27,099 bases of DNA, taken from the IMG/VR virus record IMGVR_UViG_3300003972_000099, positions 1-27,099 of that record; one strand, written 5' to 3'. Under the pieces are notes generated by a model. That model saw nothing but the letters and a program-made list of their open reading frames with translations, was not told where the DNA came from and made no database searches. A program made the position numbers and the translations under genes. Shown in pieces: positions 15,935 to 24,312 of the stretch. The DNA is from a virus (taxonomy: Duplodnaviria; Caudoviricetes). Positions within the stretch are counted from its first letter, which is position 1. Each line of letters starts with the position of its first letter.

Positions 15935-18526
15935 TAGTTGACGCATAACGGTGAAGTAATGAGGTACATTCACCATGACTTCCTCTGGTGACATTCTAAT
16001 TTTATCGCCTTTGTTCAATCCAAGCAGCGGATCGTCCAAATCGATGTTGAGCGACGAGTAAATTGCAGCGTCCGCGTGGTCAGGAGACTTCAAGCCACGG
16101 TCGTTCATCTCTTCCTTGGACTCGATCACGAGACCACCGGATTGCTTGTTGAACGAGTAACGCGGACCCATCAATTCATCTTGCAGGCTTTCGTCTTCCG
16201 GATCAATGTCGATCTGCCCCTGCGCCATACGGAGTCTGAAGTAGTCCCACATAAACGCGCGGAAGTTGTGCCACTGACGCCGGTCAGGGCTCGCTCCGGA
16301 GCCGTGTACCTCGACTACCGTGTAGAGGCCGTTCGAGAGCAGCACCAGTTGGTCCTTGACGCCGCCACCGACACCATCAGAGTCTACGTATACGATCTCT
16401 GCACCCTTATCGAGCGCAAGTCGGTGAACCCTTGTGGCGGTCTCTGTTGTCTCGGTCTTTCCCCACGAGTCCACGTATCGGATACAACCGTTGTTGTTCT
16501 CGTAGACAACACTCTTGTCCGTGCCCATTCGGGCTACGTCAACACCAAGGACAGGCCGCTTTTCTAGGTCAGGCTTGATCTCACAAACCTTCGCTTTTTC
16601 CACGATTTCCTGCGTGATAAGCGTGTAGTCGTCATCGTTGGCGAACTCACCAAGAACACGAGCCTTGAATCGAGCGGAATTCTCGCCAAACTCTTTCTTC
16701 TTGTCTTCGACATACGTAGGGCCGGTGAGTCGTTCCAGAGCCTCTGGTGACATCTCATACTTCTCGTCCGTGAAGTTCGGAGAGTCGAGTACGGAGATGG
16801 TGTGACAGACCCACCCGAGGTCTTCCCGGAAAATCTTGGCGAAGTAGGAGCCGGGGTTGGTCGGGTTGGCGATGAGGATACGTCGAGAGCCTTCGTTCGA
16901 CGTAATGTTCGACAGTGCTTCGATCAAGTCAGCGCTGAGACCAACAGCCTCATCACCGACCGCGAGCACAGCGGAGTCGTGGATACCCTGGAAGGAGTCG
17001 TCTTCCTTGTTGTCCGGTGGCTTACGACCGAACCCGAGGATCGCCCCTCCGTCGGTCTTCCAGTGAGCGTCAGCGGTGATGTAACCGGGAAGTTCGTGGT
17101 CGATCAACCCTTCTTTGTATCGCTTGGACACGAGGCTCTTGAGTTTACGAACCTCACGCCAGACGATAGCGTTGATCTGAGCAGTGTTGGGGGCTGTCGA
17201 GGCGACGAAGGCGTTGGGATAGCGTGTGTCGATCCACCAGCAGATGAGCACAGCAACCAAAAATGAGTTGTGGGTAGGCACCAGGTGCTCGCCCGCAAGG
17301 AACAGGTGACTGTCTGACCCCACCTGAATGCACTGGCTGCGACCTGGGCCGATCTCCCGTACGGAAATAACCGTGCGCATCGTGCGCCGACTGGTCTGCG
17401 TCAGTGGGGTGTCCCGGTTGAACGCCTGGTCCTTATACTGTCCTTGCGTAAAGGGCGACCGTAGGGCGTTGAACACGATCCGGTAACGGGTGCCCACGTT
17501 ACGACCGTCCAGGTAAGTGCGCTCTGGACTGATGCTGGCGCGCATCCCCAACCCTCGGATAAGTTCCACGGTGTCATAAGCAAGTTCCTGGTTCATCAGG
17601 TCAATGCCGCACAGGTTCCCGTGGATAACGAACCCGTCTGTATCCATCAAGCCTCGCAGCAACTCCCACCGCTGGTGCTCGGAAGCACGCTGGTAGTCCG
17701 AGGGGATGTGCTTATTGTTCATCAGGTTCATGCCCTTGGCTACCTGAACAAATCCTTGGCGCGCAAACGTGTACCGGTATTTGCCGCCCGGCGTTTTATC
17801 GAGCGTGTAGCCTACCTTGCGAAACTCGTCAATGATATAACGTCCGTCATCGCCTAGAGTCATTTCTGCGCGGCAACTCGTGCCGTCCCCGAGCCACGCA
17901 CCTACCACGTAGGGGTCCAGCGGCAAGTCGGCTTCAGGCAACTGTAGCGCCCGGTTAATGGGAACGATGTGGTTGGAGGCGTGCTTGTTCGACCCGTTGA
18001 CATACGTCAGCGAGTTGGCGATATCTGTTGTCTCCTTAACACTTCCCGCATTCCAGTGATCCCGCCAGTCGGTCACAGGACCGTTGCGCCGGACCTTTTT
18101 GGCCTCGCGGTGGTCCAAGGTCACCCATTCGTGCGGTGCATTAGTGCGCAGCACGGCTCCGTCTGAGAACGTGACCTCGTACATCGGCATGTCAAAGACT
18201 TCTGACTTGGCTACGACCGGTGCGGGGTTGCCCTGCTCATCGAATACCATGTCTCCGACTTGCAGTGTCTCGATGGTCTTCCAGCCGAGAGTTGTGGCGA
18301 TAGGGGTGTCCAGGGCCAGAGCCTTGCCCACGCCGTGACCCGCCTTGACGGCGACGGACTTGTTCTCAACGACCGACCGCGCGATTTCGCGCTGCTTGGA
18401 CCATAGACGTATTCCGAGCATGTAGTCGGCCCACGCTACGGGGTCGTTGAAGTAAGATGCGGACTTTCCCTTACGTTCAACTTCCTCCGCCACGATCTCC
18501 GCGACTTTAGGGAGGAAGTTAGCCAT
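15932..18526 (-). CDS. terL: Terminase large subunit containing an intein (512 aa after splicing)
   Basis: Walker A GHGVGK/S split by the intein; Walker B AVGDEA; IANPT coupling motif; nuclease LGVDVARMGTDKSV and SPDHADA. Confidence 0.97.
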   Translation of the reverse strand: MANFLPKVAEIVAEEVERKGKSASYFNDPVAWADYMLGIRLWSKQREIARSVVENKSVAVKAGHGVGKALALDTPIATTLGWKTIETLQVGDMVFDEQGNPAPVVAKSEVFDMPMYEVTFSDGAVLRTNAPHEWVTLDHREAKKVRRNGPVTDWRDHWNAGSVKETTDIANSLTYVNGSNKHASNHIVPINRALQLPEADLPLDPYVVGAWLGDGTSCRAEMTLGDDGRYIIDEFRKVGYTLDKTPGGKYRYTFARQGFVQVAKGMNLMNNKHIPSDYQRASEHQRWELLRGLMDTDGFVIHGNLCGIDLMNQELAYDTVELIRGLGMRASISPERTYLDGRNVGTRYRIVFNALRSPFTQGQYKDQAFNRDTPLTQTSRRTMRTVISVREIGPGRSQCIQVGSDSHLFLAGEHLVPTHNSFLVAVLICWWIDTRYPNAFVASTAPNTAQINAIVWREVRKLKSLVSKRYKEGLIDHELPGYITADAHWKTDGGAILGFGRKPPDNKEDDSFQGIHDSAVLAVGDEAVGLSADLIEALSNITSNEGSRRILIANPTNPGSYFAKIFREDLGWVCHTISVLDSPNFTDEKYEMSPEALERLTGPTYVEDKKKEFGENSARFKARVLGEFANDDDYTLITQEIVEKAKVCEIKPDLEKRPVLGVDVARMGTDKSVVYENNNGCIRYVDSWGKTETTETATRVHRLALDKGAEIVYVDSDGVGGGVKDQLVLLSNGLYTVVEVHGSGASPDRRQWHNFRAFMWDYFRLRMAQGQIDIDPEDESLQDELMGPRYSFNKQSGGLVIESKEEMNDRGLKSPDHADAAIYSSLNIDLDDPLLGLNKGDKIRMSPEEVMVNVPHYFTVMRQL
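17267..18322 (-). mobile_element. Class 3 intein (352 aa) with LAGLIDADG homing endonuclease
   Basis: Starts ALALDTPIAT (Ala1), block B HEW, block F SQCIQV, ends VPTHN/S; endonuclease motifs VGAWLGDG and LRGLMDTDG. Confidence 0.95.
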
Positions 18527-19041
18527 TAGTCGTCCTCTTCCTGGGCGTATGACGCTTGCTTCATTCCCTGGTTGAACGCAGCGTCGATCTCTAGGAGGTC
18601 AACCATCGGGTACTCTTGCGCGAGCAGGTCGCGGGCTCGCTGGTAGCCAGCCTCGATCATGTCCATCATTGCCCTGGCGTGCGCCCGCGTGATCTGCTCC
18701 ATCTCGGCCTCAGTCAACTTGGTGCGCTTCTCAAGAATGCCGTCCATCGTCTTGAGCAACTTCACGTAAACGTCAATGTGCTTCGGAACGTCATCCAGCA
18801 AGTCGAGGTCATCGAGAAGTGCTTCCATCTTCTCCTTGACGGCGTACGCACTGTGCAGAAGCAATTGCTGCTTCTCGACCTCATCCCAGATGTCCCGTGA
18901 GGCGAGCATTTCCTTGACCCGCACAGCCGCTTCTGCGGGCGTTACGCTCGGGTACTTCCGCGACATCTCTTCCGGGGAGTACCCGTTTGCGGCAGCCTGA
19001 AGCAACCTCAGATCGAGGAGTTCCAGTTCCTTACCGGCCAT
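18526..19041 (-). CDS. Probable terminase small subunit
   Basis: 171 aa helical protein with an N-terminal HTH-like segment; TAATG-coupled to terL. Confidence 0.65.
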   Translation of the reverse strand: MAGKELELLDLRLLQAAANGYSPEEMSRKYPSVTPAEAAVRVKEMLASRDIWDEVEKQQLLLHSAYAVKEKMEALLDDLDLLDDVPKHIDVYVKLLKTMDGILEKRTKLTEAEMEQITRAHARAMMDMIEAGYQRARDLLAQEYPMVDLLEIDAAFNQGMKQASYAQEEDD

Positions 19042-19153
19042 GCGTCAAATCCTTGAGGTCAGTAATGAATTCCTCGGCCAGATTCTTTTCTGTCCAGTCA
19101 TCCGAGTTATCGATAACGTCTTGCCATTTCTCAATCAAGTCTTCAATCTCCAT
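19031..19153 (-). CDS. Small acidic hypothetical protein (40 aa), leaderless; below the ORF-track cutoff
   Basis: MEIEDLIEKWQDVIDNSDDWTEKNLAEEFITDLKDLTHGR; ATG 6 nt after TGGTAAAGT; overlaps the next start. Confidence 0.75.
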   Translation of the reverse strand: MEIEDLIEKWQDVIDNSDDWTEKNLAEEFITDLKDLTHGR

Positions 19154-19159
19154 AAATGC

Positions 19160-19168
19160 ACTTTACCA
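19160..19168 (-). promoter_or_regulatory. Extended -10 box TGGTAAAGT (terminase operon, leaderless)
   Basis: After the terminator; 6 nt before ATG 19153. Confidence 0.7.
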
Positions 19169-19170
19169 CG

Positions 19171-19201
19171 AAAAAGAGCCGCCCCGAAGGACGGCTCTTT
19201 T
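19171..19201 (-). terminator. Intrinsic terminator after the holin
   Basis: AAAAGAGCCGUCC-UUCG-GGGCGGCUCUUUUU with a cUUCGg tetraloop. Confidence 0.92.
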
Positions 19202-19225
19202 CCAGATGCGAGATCACCCCCAAGA

Positions 19226-19435
19226 TCAGGGCTGCCTCTCTCCTGCGGTGAAGTCCGCGTTACCAATCGAGGTAAGGATAGAGGCTACCGTGGCCGTACC
19301 GGCGATTGCTAGCCCACCGACGATATCAAGATCGAAGATAGGTACGCCGATGACAAAAACAGCAGCCAAGGACTGCGCAGCAGTCTTGATTGCTCGTTCT
19401 GCTGCACCCTTCCAAAATGCTCTAGTCCAAATCAT
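19226..19435 (-). CDS. Holin (r1t-like)
   Basis: WTRAFWKGAAERAIKTAAQS...ATVASILTSI signature; two hydrophobic segments; AAGGAGG 7 nt before ATG 19435; follows the endolysin. Confidence 0.9.
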   Translation of the reverse strand: MIWTRAFWKGAAERAIKTAAQSLAAVFVIGVPIFDLDIVGGLAIAGTATVASILTSIGNADFTAGERQP

Positions 19436-19467
19436 ACACAAACCTCCTTGGTATTGGTTACTCGTTC

Positions 19468-19476
19468 AGTGTATCA
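19468..19476 (-). promoter_or_regulatory. Extended -10 box TGATACACT (holin)
   Basis: Built on the endolysin stop. Confidence 0.55.
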
Positions 19477-20214
19477 CGCTTGGACGGTGCCCCACGCAAC
19501 CTGTTCTCCGAATGTTTCCGGGGAGGTTACGATGTCTCCGGTTGGGGTAATTCCGTTGTCAGATAAGACATCATCCCATTCCTTAACAGAATAACCGTCA
19601 ACCACTAAACCAAGCCAACGCATGACCATTCGATGCTTGTTCCAAATCTCTTCGCTAGGTGCGATAGCCCACTTGAAATCTCGTGGCACGGCTACAGCAG
19701 GTTTTCCTTCTGTCGTACGGAAATAAACAAAGATCGGATCAAGTCTTTCCATCTTGGTCTTGATCTGTTGCAGTGTTACACGGTCTTGCTGCTCAAACAT
19801 ATCGTCCTCTTCTAATGTTGGTGGTGTGGGGGCAGGTGACTGAAATCGACTCGGATCATTCCATTCTTCATACTCAAAATGCCAGGGTTCAACTTTAATT
19901 CTTCGGAACCACCCAAACGCAGGACCGTGCTTAGACATCCATTCTCGCGGCCCACCAGCAGGTAAGTCCAGGGCTCGGCCGCCTTGATCTTTAATATCGT
20001 TTGGGCGATATACGTGCTTCGATCTGTCCGGATGATCCGCCCACTTTGGATAGCCGGGTTTTCCTTGGTTTCTATACCATGTCATTTGAAGATCGTACGA
20101 GCGAGTTGCGGTGGTAATTCCGGGGGGCAAACCGGCCGATCTTGCTCTAAGATATGCAAGCCCCGCTGGCGTATTCAGTTGGAAGTTACCGCCTACCTTC
20201 ATAAGAGCCATCAA
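19474..20214 (-). CDS. Endolysin: peptidase M15 (VanY-like) domain, Pro-rich linker, unrecognised C-terminal domain
   Basis: TRSYDLQ, SKH, ALDL, EPWHFEY catalytic motifs; adjacent holin. Confidence 0.88.
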   Translation of the reverse strand: MMALMKVGGNFQLNTPAGLAYLRARSAGLPPGITTATRSYDLQMTWYRNQGKPGYPKWADHPDRSKHVYRPNDIKDQGGRALDLPAGGPREWMSKHGPAFGWFRRIKVEPWHFEYEEWNDPSRFQSPAPTPPTLEEDDMFEQQDRVTLQQIKTKMERLDPIFVYFRTTEGKPAVAVPRDFKWAIAPSEEIWNKHRMVMRWLGLVVDGYSVKEWDDVLSDNGITPTGDIVTSPETFGEQVAWGTVQA

Positions 20215-21356
20215 ACCACCTTCTTATCGGACCATCGTCCCTCGGATACCACCAATGTCAGCATTCCTGATCCGTTTGTATCACCCTTGAGATTAGCGTA
20301 CCAAGAACTTCCTCCATCGCTCGTGGGGGAGATGAAAACACGCCGGTCATCTCCGGAAGGGTACTCGGCGTCCTGGTGCCAGTGGCCGCAAATGAGCACA
20401 TCAGCGCGGTCCAACCCAGACCGTCGCCCATGGGACAGACCCTTCCACCACTCTCCGACCTTGTACCAGGCCCCTGCTTGGTGTCCGTGTACTACCCCTA
20501 CGTTCGTTCCGTCTAGTGTTGTGTAAACGACGGCTTCCTCGAACTGCGAAGGCCGCAAGAACTGAACGTGCGCGAACTCTGGACGCCCGGCGCAGCGCTC
20601 TTCCAAGTCGTAGTTCAGGTCGATGCCGAAGTCGTTGTCCGGACCCGCTGCGGGGGCCTTGGGGCCGTTTCTGACGCTAGCGTGGTTGCTGGGCACCGAG
20701 ATGACTGTCAGACGCTTCGTGATCGGGGCCAGTAACTCGATACCGGCCCAAAACAGTCGTCTGGCCGTCCTGATCTGCGCGGTCAGGTGCCGGTCGTTGG
20801 TCTCGCGCTGTGAGGACGTGTTGTAGAAGTTCTCGATGATGTCACCAGCATCGATCAGCACGATCTCCTGGCACCTGAGTTCCTTGGCTCGCTCTGCGGC
20901 CCGATGGAACGACCGCATGACTCGTTCTTGGAGTTCTGGCGTGCCGCCCTTCTCATCGACCTTACCAACCTGTAGGTCGGCCATGCTGATGATGAACGCT
21001 GAGTTGGTCGGGTTGCTCGGGGGATCAGGGACGTAAACGTAGTTCTCGATGGCCCGCTCGATGTCGTCGTACTCGAACGCCATCGCAGTAAGAACGCGAT
21101 TCGGGTTGTACGTGATCTTTTCGTAACTGCCATCACTTAGACGAACAGTCTTCCCGCGCGAAGTAATGTACTCACGGGGTACTCCGAAGAAGTGGTCCTC
21201 TCCCTCTTCTTCTACGAACGAGTTCTCGATCTGGTTTGCTGGTCGTGCGTTTCGATGCCTGCGAATCGTCGCTTCGGAAACACCTAGTTTGTCTGCATTG
21301 ACCGTGTGCGGTGCGCTCGGGTCAATCATCTCACATAGCCTACAGTGCGAATGCAC
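20211..21356 (-). CDS. Calcineurin-like metallophosphoesterase (Mre11/SbcD-like) with N-terminal HTH
   Basis: ADLQVGK, AGDIIE, SNH, VHGH, GHWH motifs; ADKLGVSEATIRRHR HTH; AGGAGG SD. Confidence 0.85.
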   Translation of the reverse strand: MHSHCRLCEMIDPSAPHTVNADKLGVSEATIRRHRNARPANQIENSFVEEEGEDHFFGVPREYITSRGKTVRLSDGSYEKITYNPNRVLTAMAFEYDDIERAIENYVYVPDPPSNPTNSAFIISMADLQVGKVDEKGGTPELQERVMRSFHRAAERAKELRCQEIVLIDAGDIIENFYNTSSQRETNDRHLTAQIRTARRLFWAGIELLAPITKRLTVISVPSNHASVRNGPKAPAAGPDNDFGIDLNYDLEERCAGRPEFAHVQFLRPSQFEEAVVYTTLDGTNVGVVHGHQAGAWYKVGEWWKGLSHGRRSGLDRADVLICGHWHQDAEYPSGDDRRVFISPTSDGGSSWYANLKGDTNGSGMLTLVVSEGRWSDKKVV

Positions 21357-21384
21357 AGGTCAGCCTCCTAATCTGTTTGAAACT

Positions 21385-21393
21385 ACCCTATCA
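21385..21393 (-). promoter_or_regulatory. Extended -10 box TGATAGGGT (HTH-phosphoesterase and endolysin)
   Basis: Built on the upstream stop. Confidence 0.5.
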
Positions 21394-22317
21394 CAGTAGA
21401 ACCGAGTGTACGGGGTTTCTCCACTGGCGAGAGCCGTGGTCTCGGTAGCGAACTTCTACTCTATCTGGCAGGATTGTAACGAGAGCCGTGACGATCGGTC
21501 CGTAAATTCCCGTGTCAGGGTTATGAAATGCTGGGCTTGATGTCACCACAGAGGCGATTGACACTGATCCGTACGTCATCTTTTTGACGATATCTACTTC
21601 TGTCGGGCGAGAGTGAGTGTGTCCCGCGACCCAAGCAACGATGTTGCTGTGCCGAGAAATCATGTCGCTAAGTGCGTAACCGGTATCCCAATGCGCGTGC
21701 CATCGTTCATCGTAAGAAGAGAATGCGGAGCCATCAAGTGGCCCTACAGTGTTAGGAAGTGGTGCGTGGAAGACGATAACTACCTTCATGTCAGGTACTT
21801 CATCGCATCGAGCATCAATCCATGCAACCGTTGCGGGATCAATCGTCAAACGACGAACAGACGCTTTTCCAACTGTTGCATCAGCAGCCGGAGATACTAA
21901 AAGAACTCGAACGCGGCCTTTAATATCAATGACATTATCCTTGTTCTGGTACCCCATTATCGCAGCCCATTGCGCAGGGGTTACCAAATCTGGTGTTCCG
22001 CTGGAATTATTTCCGATCAAATCGTGGTTTCCCGGAACTTCCCCCCAGGGAATACCAGGAAAGGCTGCCTTAATGTTGTCACGCCATGCTTTGTAATTTG
22101 TAAACTCGGAAGTCGCGGCAGTTGATGTGTGGTCACCTACTTGAATAAATGCATCAATGAATTGACGACCGAACATTGTTTTTAGATCATTTTGAACAAT
22201 CGTCGTACGATTTCTCCACGGATTTCCAGCCAGAGTATATTCATGCGTGTCTCCGATGCACAGGAGGTTTACTCCCTCATATTCAGCGATTCTGGGTTTG
22301 CGGTTAGTCTTTGTCAC
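21391..22317 (-). CDS. Calcineurin-like metallophosphoesterase (CpdA/Icc-like motif set)
   Basis: GDTH, VGDH, PGNHD, VFHAP, AGHTH motifs. Confidence 0.88.
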   Translation of the reverse strand: MTKTNRKPRIAEYEGVNLLCIGDTHEYTLAGNPWRNRTTIVQNDLKTMFGRQFIDAFIQVGDHTSTAATSEFTNYKAWRDNIKAAFPGIPWGEVPGNHDLIGNNSSGTPDLVTPAQWAAIMGYQNKDNVIDIKGRVRVLLVSPAADATVGKASVRRLTIDPATVAWIDARCDEVPDMKVVIVFHAPLPNTVGPLDGSAFSSYDERWHAHWDTGYALSDMISRHSNIVAWVAGHTHSRPTEVDIVKKMTYGSVSIASVVTSSPAFHNPDTGIYGPIVTALVTILPDRVEVRYRDHGSRQWRNPVHSVLL

Positions 22318-23369
22318 AGCGGCTCATACCCCACAGTAATCGTGATAGGCCCGACGATTGCTGTCGGGGTACCTTGCGCGGAAAAAACCATAGACACAAC
22401 ATCGTTGGCTTCTAAATTAGCGGAAGCAAATAGTGAACCGTCGTAACGCCACGGAGTGATAGGCAGAATTGCTTCACCGGCTGGTTCAGCCCCAGCGGTG
22501 GCTCTTGTAGTTTTGGTGGCAATGTTCACAGCCGCTGTTGAAACACTGGTCCTCGTGTAACGAATTCTGGTAAGCCACCAGTTTGTATCTGAGGTAGGAA
22601 CTGTTGTACCGACTTGATAACTAGAAAGAGCAACTGACGTGATTCTGAGGGGGAAAGGTGCGATGAAAATAGGAAGTGATGTAGTCCCAGACGTGAAACC
22701 CGTTTCTTTTGTCCACGATACGAATAGGTCTTCAGAGTCTACGAAAGAGTCTTGAATAGCATCGATTAATGCGTCTGTATCGCTGCCAGAATAAACACCG
22801 AGGGATTCTGGTGTATGCGTATGGTCGGAGAAAGAGACATTCTTCCAAGCACTCCAACTAGAACCGCTGTTGGACGTATGCCGAGAATACATCGAAGCAT
22901 TATTTACAGATGAAAAGGCGGTTTGAACTGCAAATGTTCCTGCTCTTTGCACTTGTAAAACGATGTTCCCTGGGGCGGGTGCGTTCGTGTAGGTGCTTGT
23001 GGCTAAGTACCATCCTGGGGTGATAAGAGAGTTGTAGTTAGTTCCCGCTTCTAATGTCGTCGGAACGAAACCACTGCCTAATCCAGCACTGAGAAGGGCC
23101 GCATAAATATCTGAGTCAGTATCCGCAATTAATGATGCTACAACCGAATCAGCATCTCCTGTTACTGCTGCAACCGCCTGATTCGCAGCAGTTTCAGCCT
23201 GGCTAGCATAGTTTGAGGCTTGTATCGCACTAAGAGAAGCCGCTGACGCAGCGTTTTCAACATCCGATATAGTGCTGCTCAAATCACTTTGAACGTCGGC
23301 TGCGATCTGATTTCTCACCGCTGTCGGCAGACGAAGAGAATCATCCACAGTAACAATTTTTCGAGCCAT
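22314..23369 (-). CDS. Fibre-like virion protein (coiled coil, pyocin-knob/gp53-like domain, HxH motif, beta domain)
   Basis: Ala/Ser-rich N-terminal helix; NSLITPGWY...TNAP...LQV...QTAF...MYSR...WSAWK knob-like pattern; DHTHTPESLGVYS. Confidence 0.6.
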   Translation of the reverse strand: MARKIVTVDDSLRLPTAVRNQIAADVQSDLSSTISDVENAASAASLSAIQASNYASQAETAANQAVAAVTGDADSVVASLIADTDSDIYAALLSAGLGSGFVPTTLEAGTNYNSLITPGWYLATSTYTNAPAPGNIVLQVQRAGTFAVQTAFSSVNNASMYSRHTSNSGSSWSAWKNVSFSDHTHTPESLGVYSGSDTDALIDAIQDSFVDSEDLFVSWTKETGFTSGTTSLPIFIAPFPLRITSVALSSYQVGTTVPTSDTNWWLTRIRYTRTSVSTAAVNIATKTTRATAGAEPAGEAILPITPWRYDGSLFASANLEANDVVSMVFSAQGTPTAIVGPITITVGYEPL

Positions 23370-23371
23370 TG

Positions 23372-23482
23372 TCAGTACACCTGCCTCAGTTGATCTATCT
23401 CGTACCAGATAACGTTTTCGGGTAATCCACTAGCCCGCGCTAGAGCAATCACCAAGGTCTCGACTATATCAGTGTCGGTCAT
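23372..23482 (-). CDS. Small hypothetical protein (36 aa); below the ORF-track cutoff
   Basis: MTDTDIVETLVIALARASGLPENVIWYEIDQLRQVY; fills the gap, GAGG upstream, stop 2 nt before the next ATG. Confidence 0.55.
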   Translation of the reverse strand: MTDTDIVETLVIALARASGLPENVIWYEIDQLRQVY

Positions 23483-23780
23483 CTCTGTGCCTCTGCGCTC
23501 GGTCCATTAGAATGGTTCGCCGGACAGCCGCGTACAAGGACCACAACAGCAATACGCTAGCGATACCTGTGAGCCAAGGGGTCCACTGGTCTACTGCGAT
23601 GTATACGACCAGCATCGTGTGAAGAGCAGCAATAGCGGCACCTACAGACATCAGATTTCGCCCATACGGGTTTTTCCACCACTTGCTGCGAAGGTGGTAC
23701 GCCAGGCAGAATACCCACCAAACGATTGCGGTACACACGAGAAGCACCGCCATGATTTGAAATGACATATCACCACGCAT
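23469..23780 (-). CDS. Membrane protein with 3 predicted TM segments (putative holin-type)
   Basis: Hydrophobic segments and WWKNPYGRNLM motif typical of actinophage lysis-cassette membrane genes. Confidence 0.72.
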   Translation of the reverse strand: MRGDMSFQIMAVLLVCTAIVWWVFCLAYHLRSKWWKNPYGRNLMSVGAAIAALHTMLVVYIAVDQWTPWLTGIASVLLLWSLYAAVRRTILMDRAQRHRDDRH

Positions 23781-23974
23781 CAGTTCTTTACTCCGAACAA
23801 CTTAGGACCAAGGTGATTTTCTATTTGCATTTTCAATAGACCACGTGCGATACGTTCCGAGATGAGTTGCAGGTTTACAGCGTCCATGTAGTTGATCGTC
23901 GCCTGAGCAACTGCCTCATCAGCCTCTCGTTGCTTTTCTTCTACTTCGCGCTTGAAGTTACGACGCCAACTCAT
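23780..23974 (-). CDS. Small helical protein (64 aa) of the membrane-gene trio
   Basis: Start moved to ATG 23974 (TGATG overlap; MSWRRNF...ENHLGPKLFG). Confidence 0.7.
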   Translation of the reverse strand: MSWRRNFKREVEEKQREADEAVAQATINYMDAVNLQLISERIARGLLKMQIENHLGPKLFGVKN

Positions 23975-24258
23975 CACGACGGCCCTCGATCCTGAGGCCG
24001 TGGCGCGGACTCGATAATGCGCAAGATCATGTCCGACGTGACTACGAGGTTGTTCAACGTCGGGACCACGGTTTCCCATTTCTTCTCAGACACTTCCCAC
24101 GCACGTAAGTAGGTGTCCGCTACCTTCTGCACTTGGTCGAGGTTTCGGCGCGATGTCCAAGTGCCCCGGATAAATTCTACCGCACCAAAGATGTTCAAAC
24201 CTAAAGACAGTCCGAGGATTCCCCACTGCCCCCAGATCGGGATTCCTTCTAGACCCAC
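23974..24258 (-). CDS. Single-TM membrane protein with helical tail
   Basis: N-terminal hydrophobic segment; GAGGAG SD before GTG. Confidence 0.75.
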   Translation of the reverse strand: MGLEGIPIWGQWGILGLSLGLNIFGAVEFIRGTWTSRRNLDQVQKVADTYLRAWEVSEKKWETVVPTLNNLVVTSDMILRIIESAPRPQDRGPS

Positions 24259-24298
24259 GTCAGTTCTCCTCGGATCGTTCTCGAATGATGCACGATAT

Positions 24299-24307
24299 AG
24301 TTTATCA
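24299..24307 (-). promoter_or_regulatory. Extended -10 box TGATAAACT (membrane cassette)
   Basis: Just after the terminator. Confidence 0.65.
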
Positions 24308-24312
24308 AACGA

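Noticed and set aside
23463-23471. TGATATAGT as a firm promoter call
   Set aside because: It matches the motif and uses a stop codon but lies within a plausible 36-aa ORF, so it is counted only in the motif list
24249-24293. Leaderless 14-codon ORF (GTG CAT CAT...) after the 24299 box
   Set aside because: Spacing is 5 nt rather than 6, and the downstream gene has its own good SD; no further support
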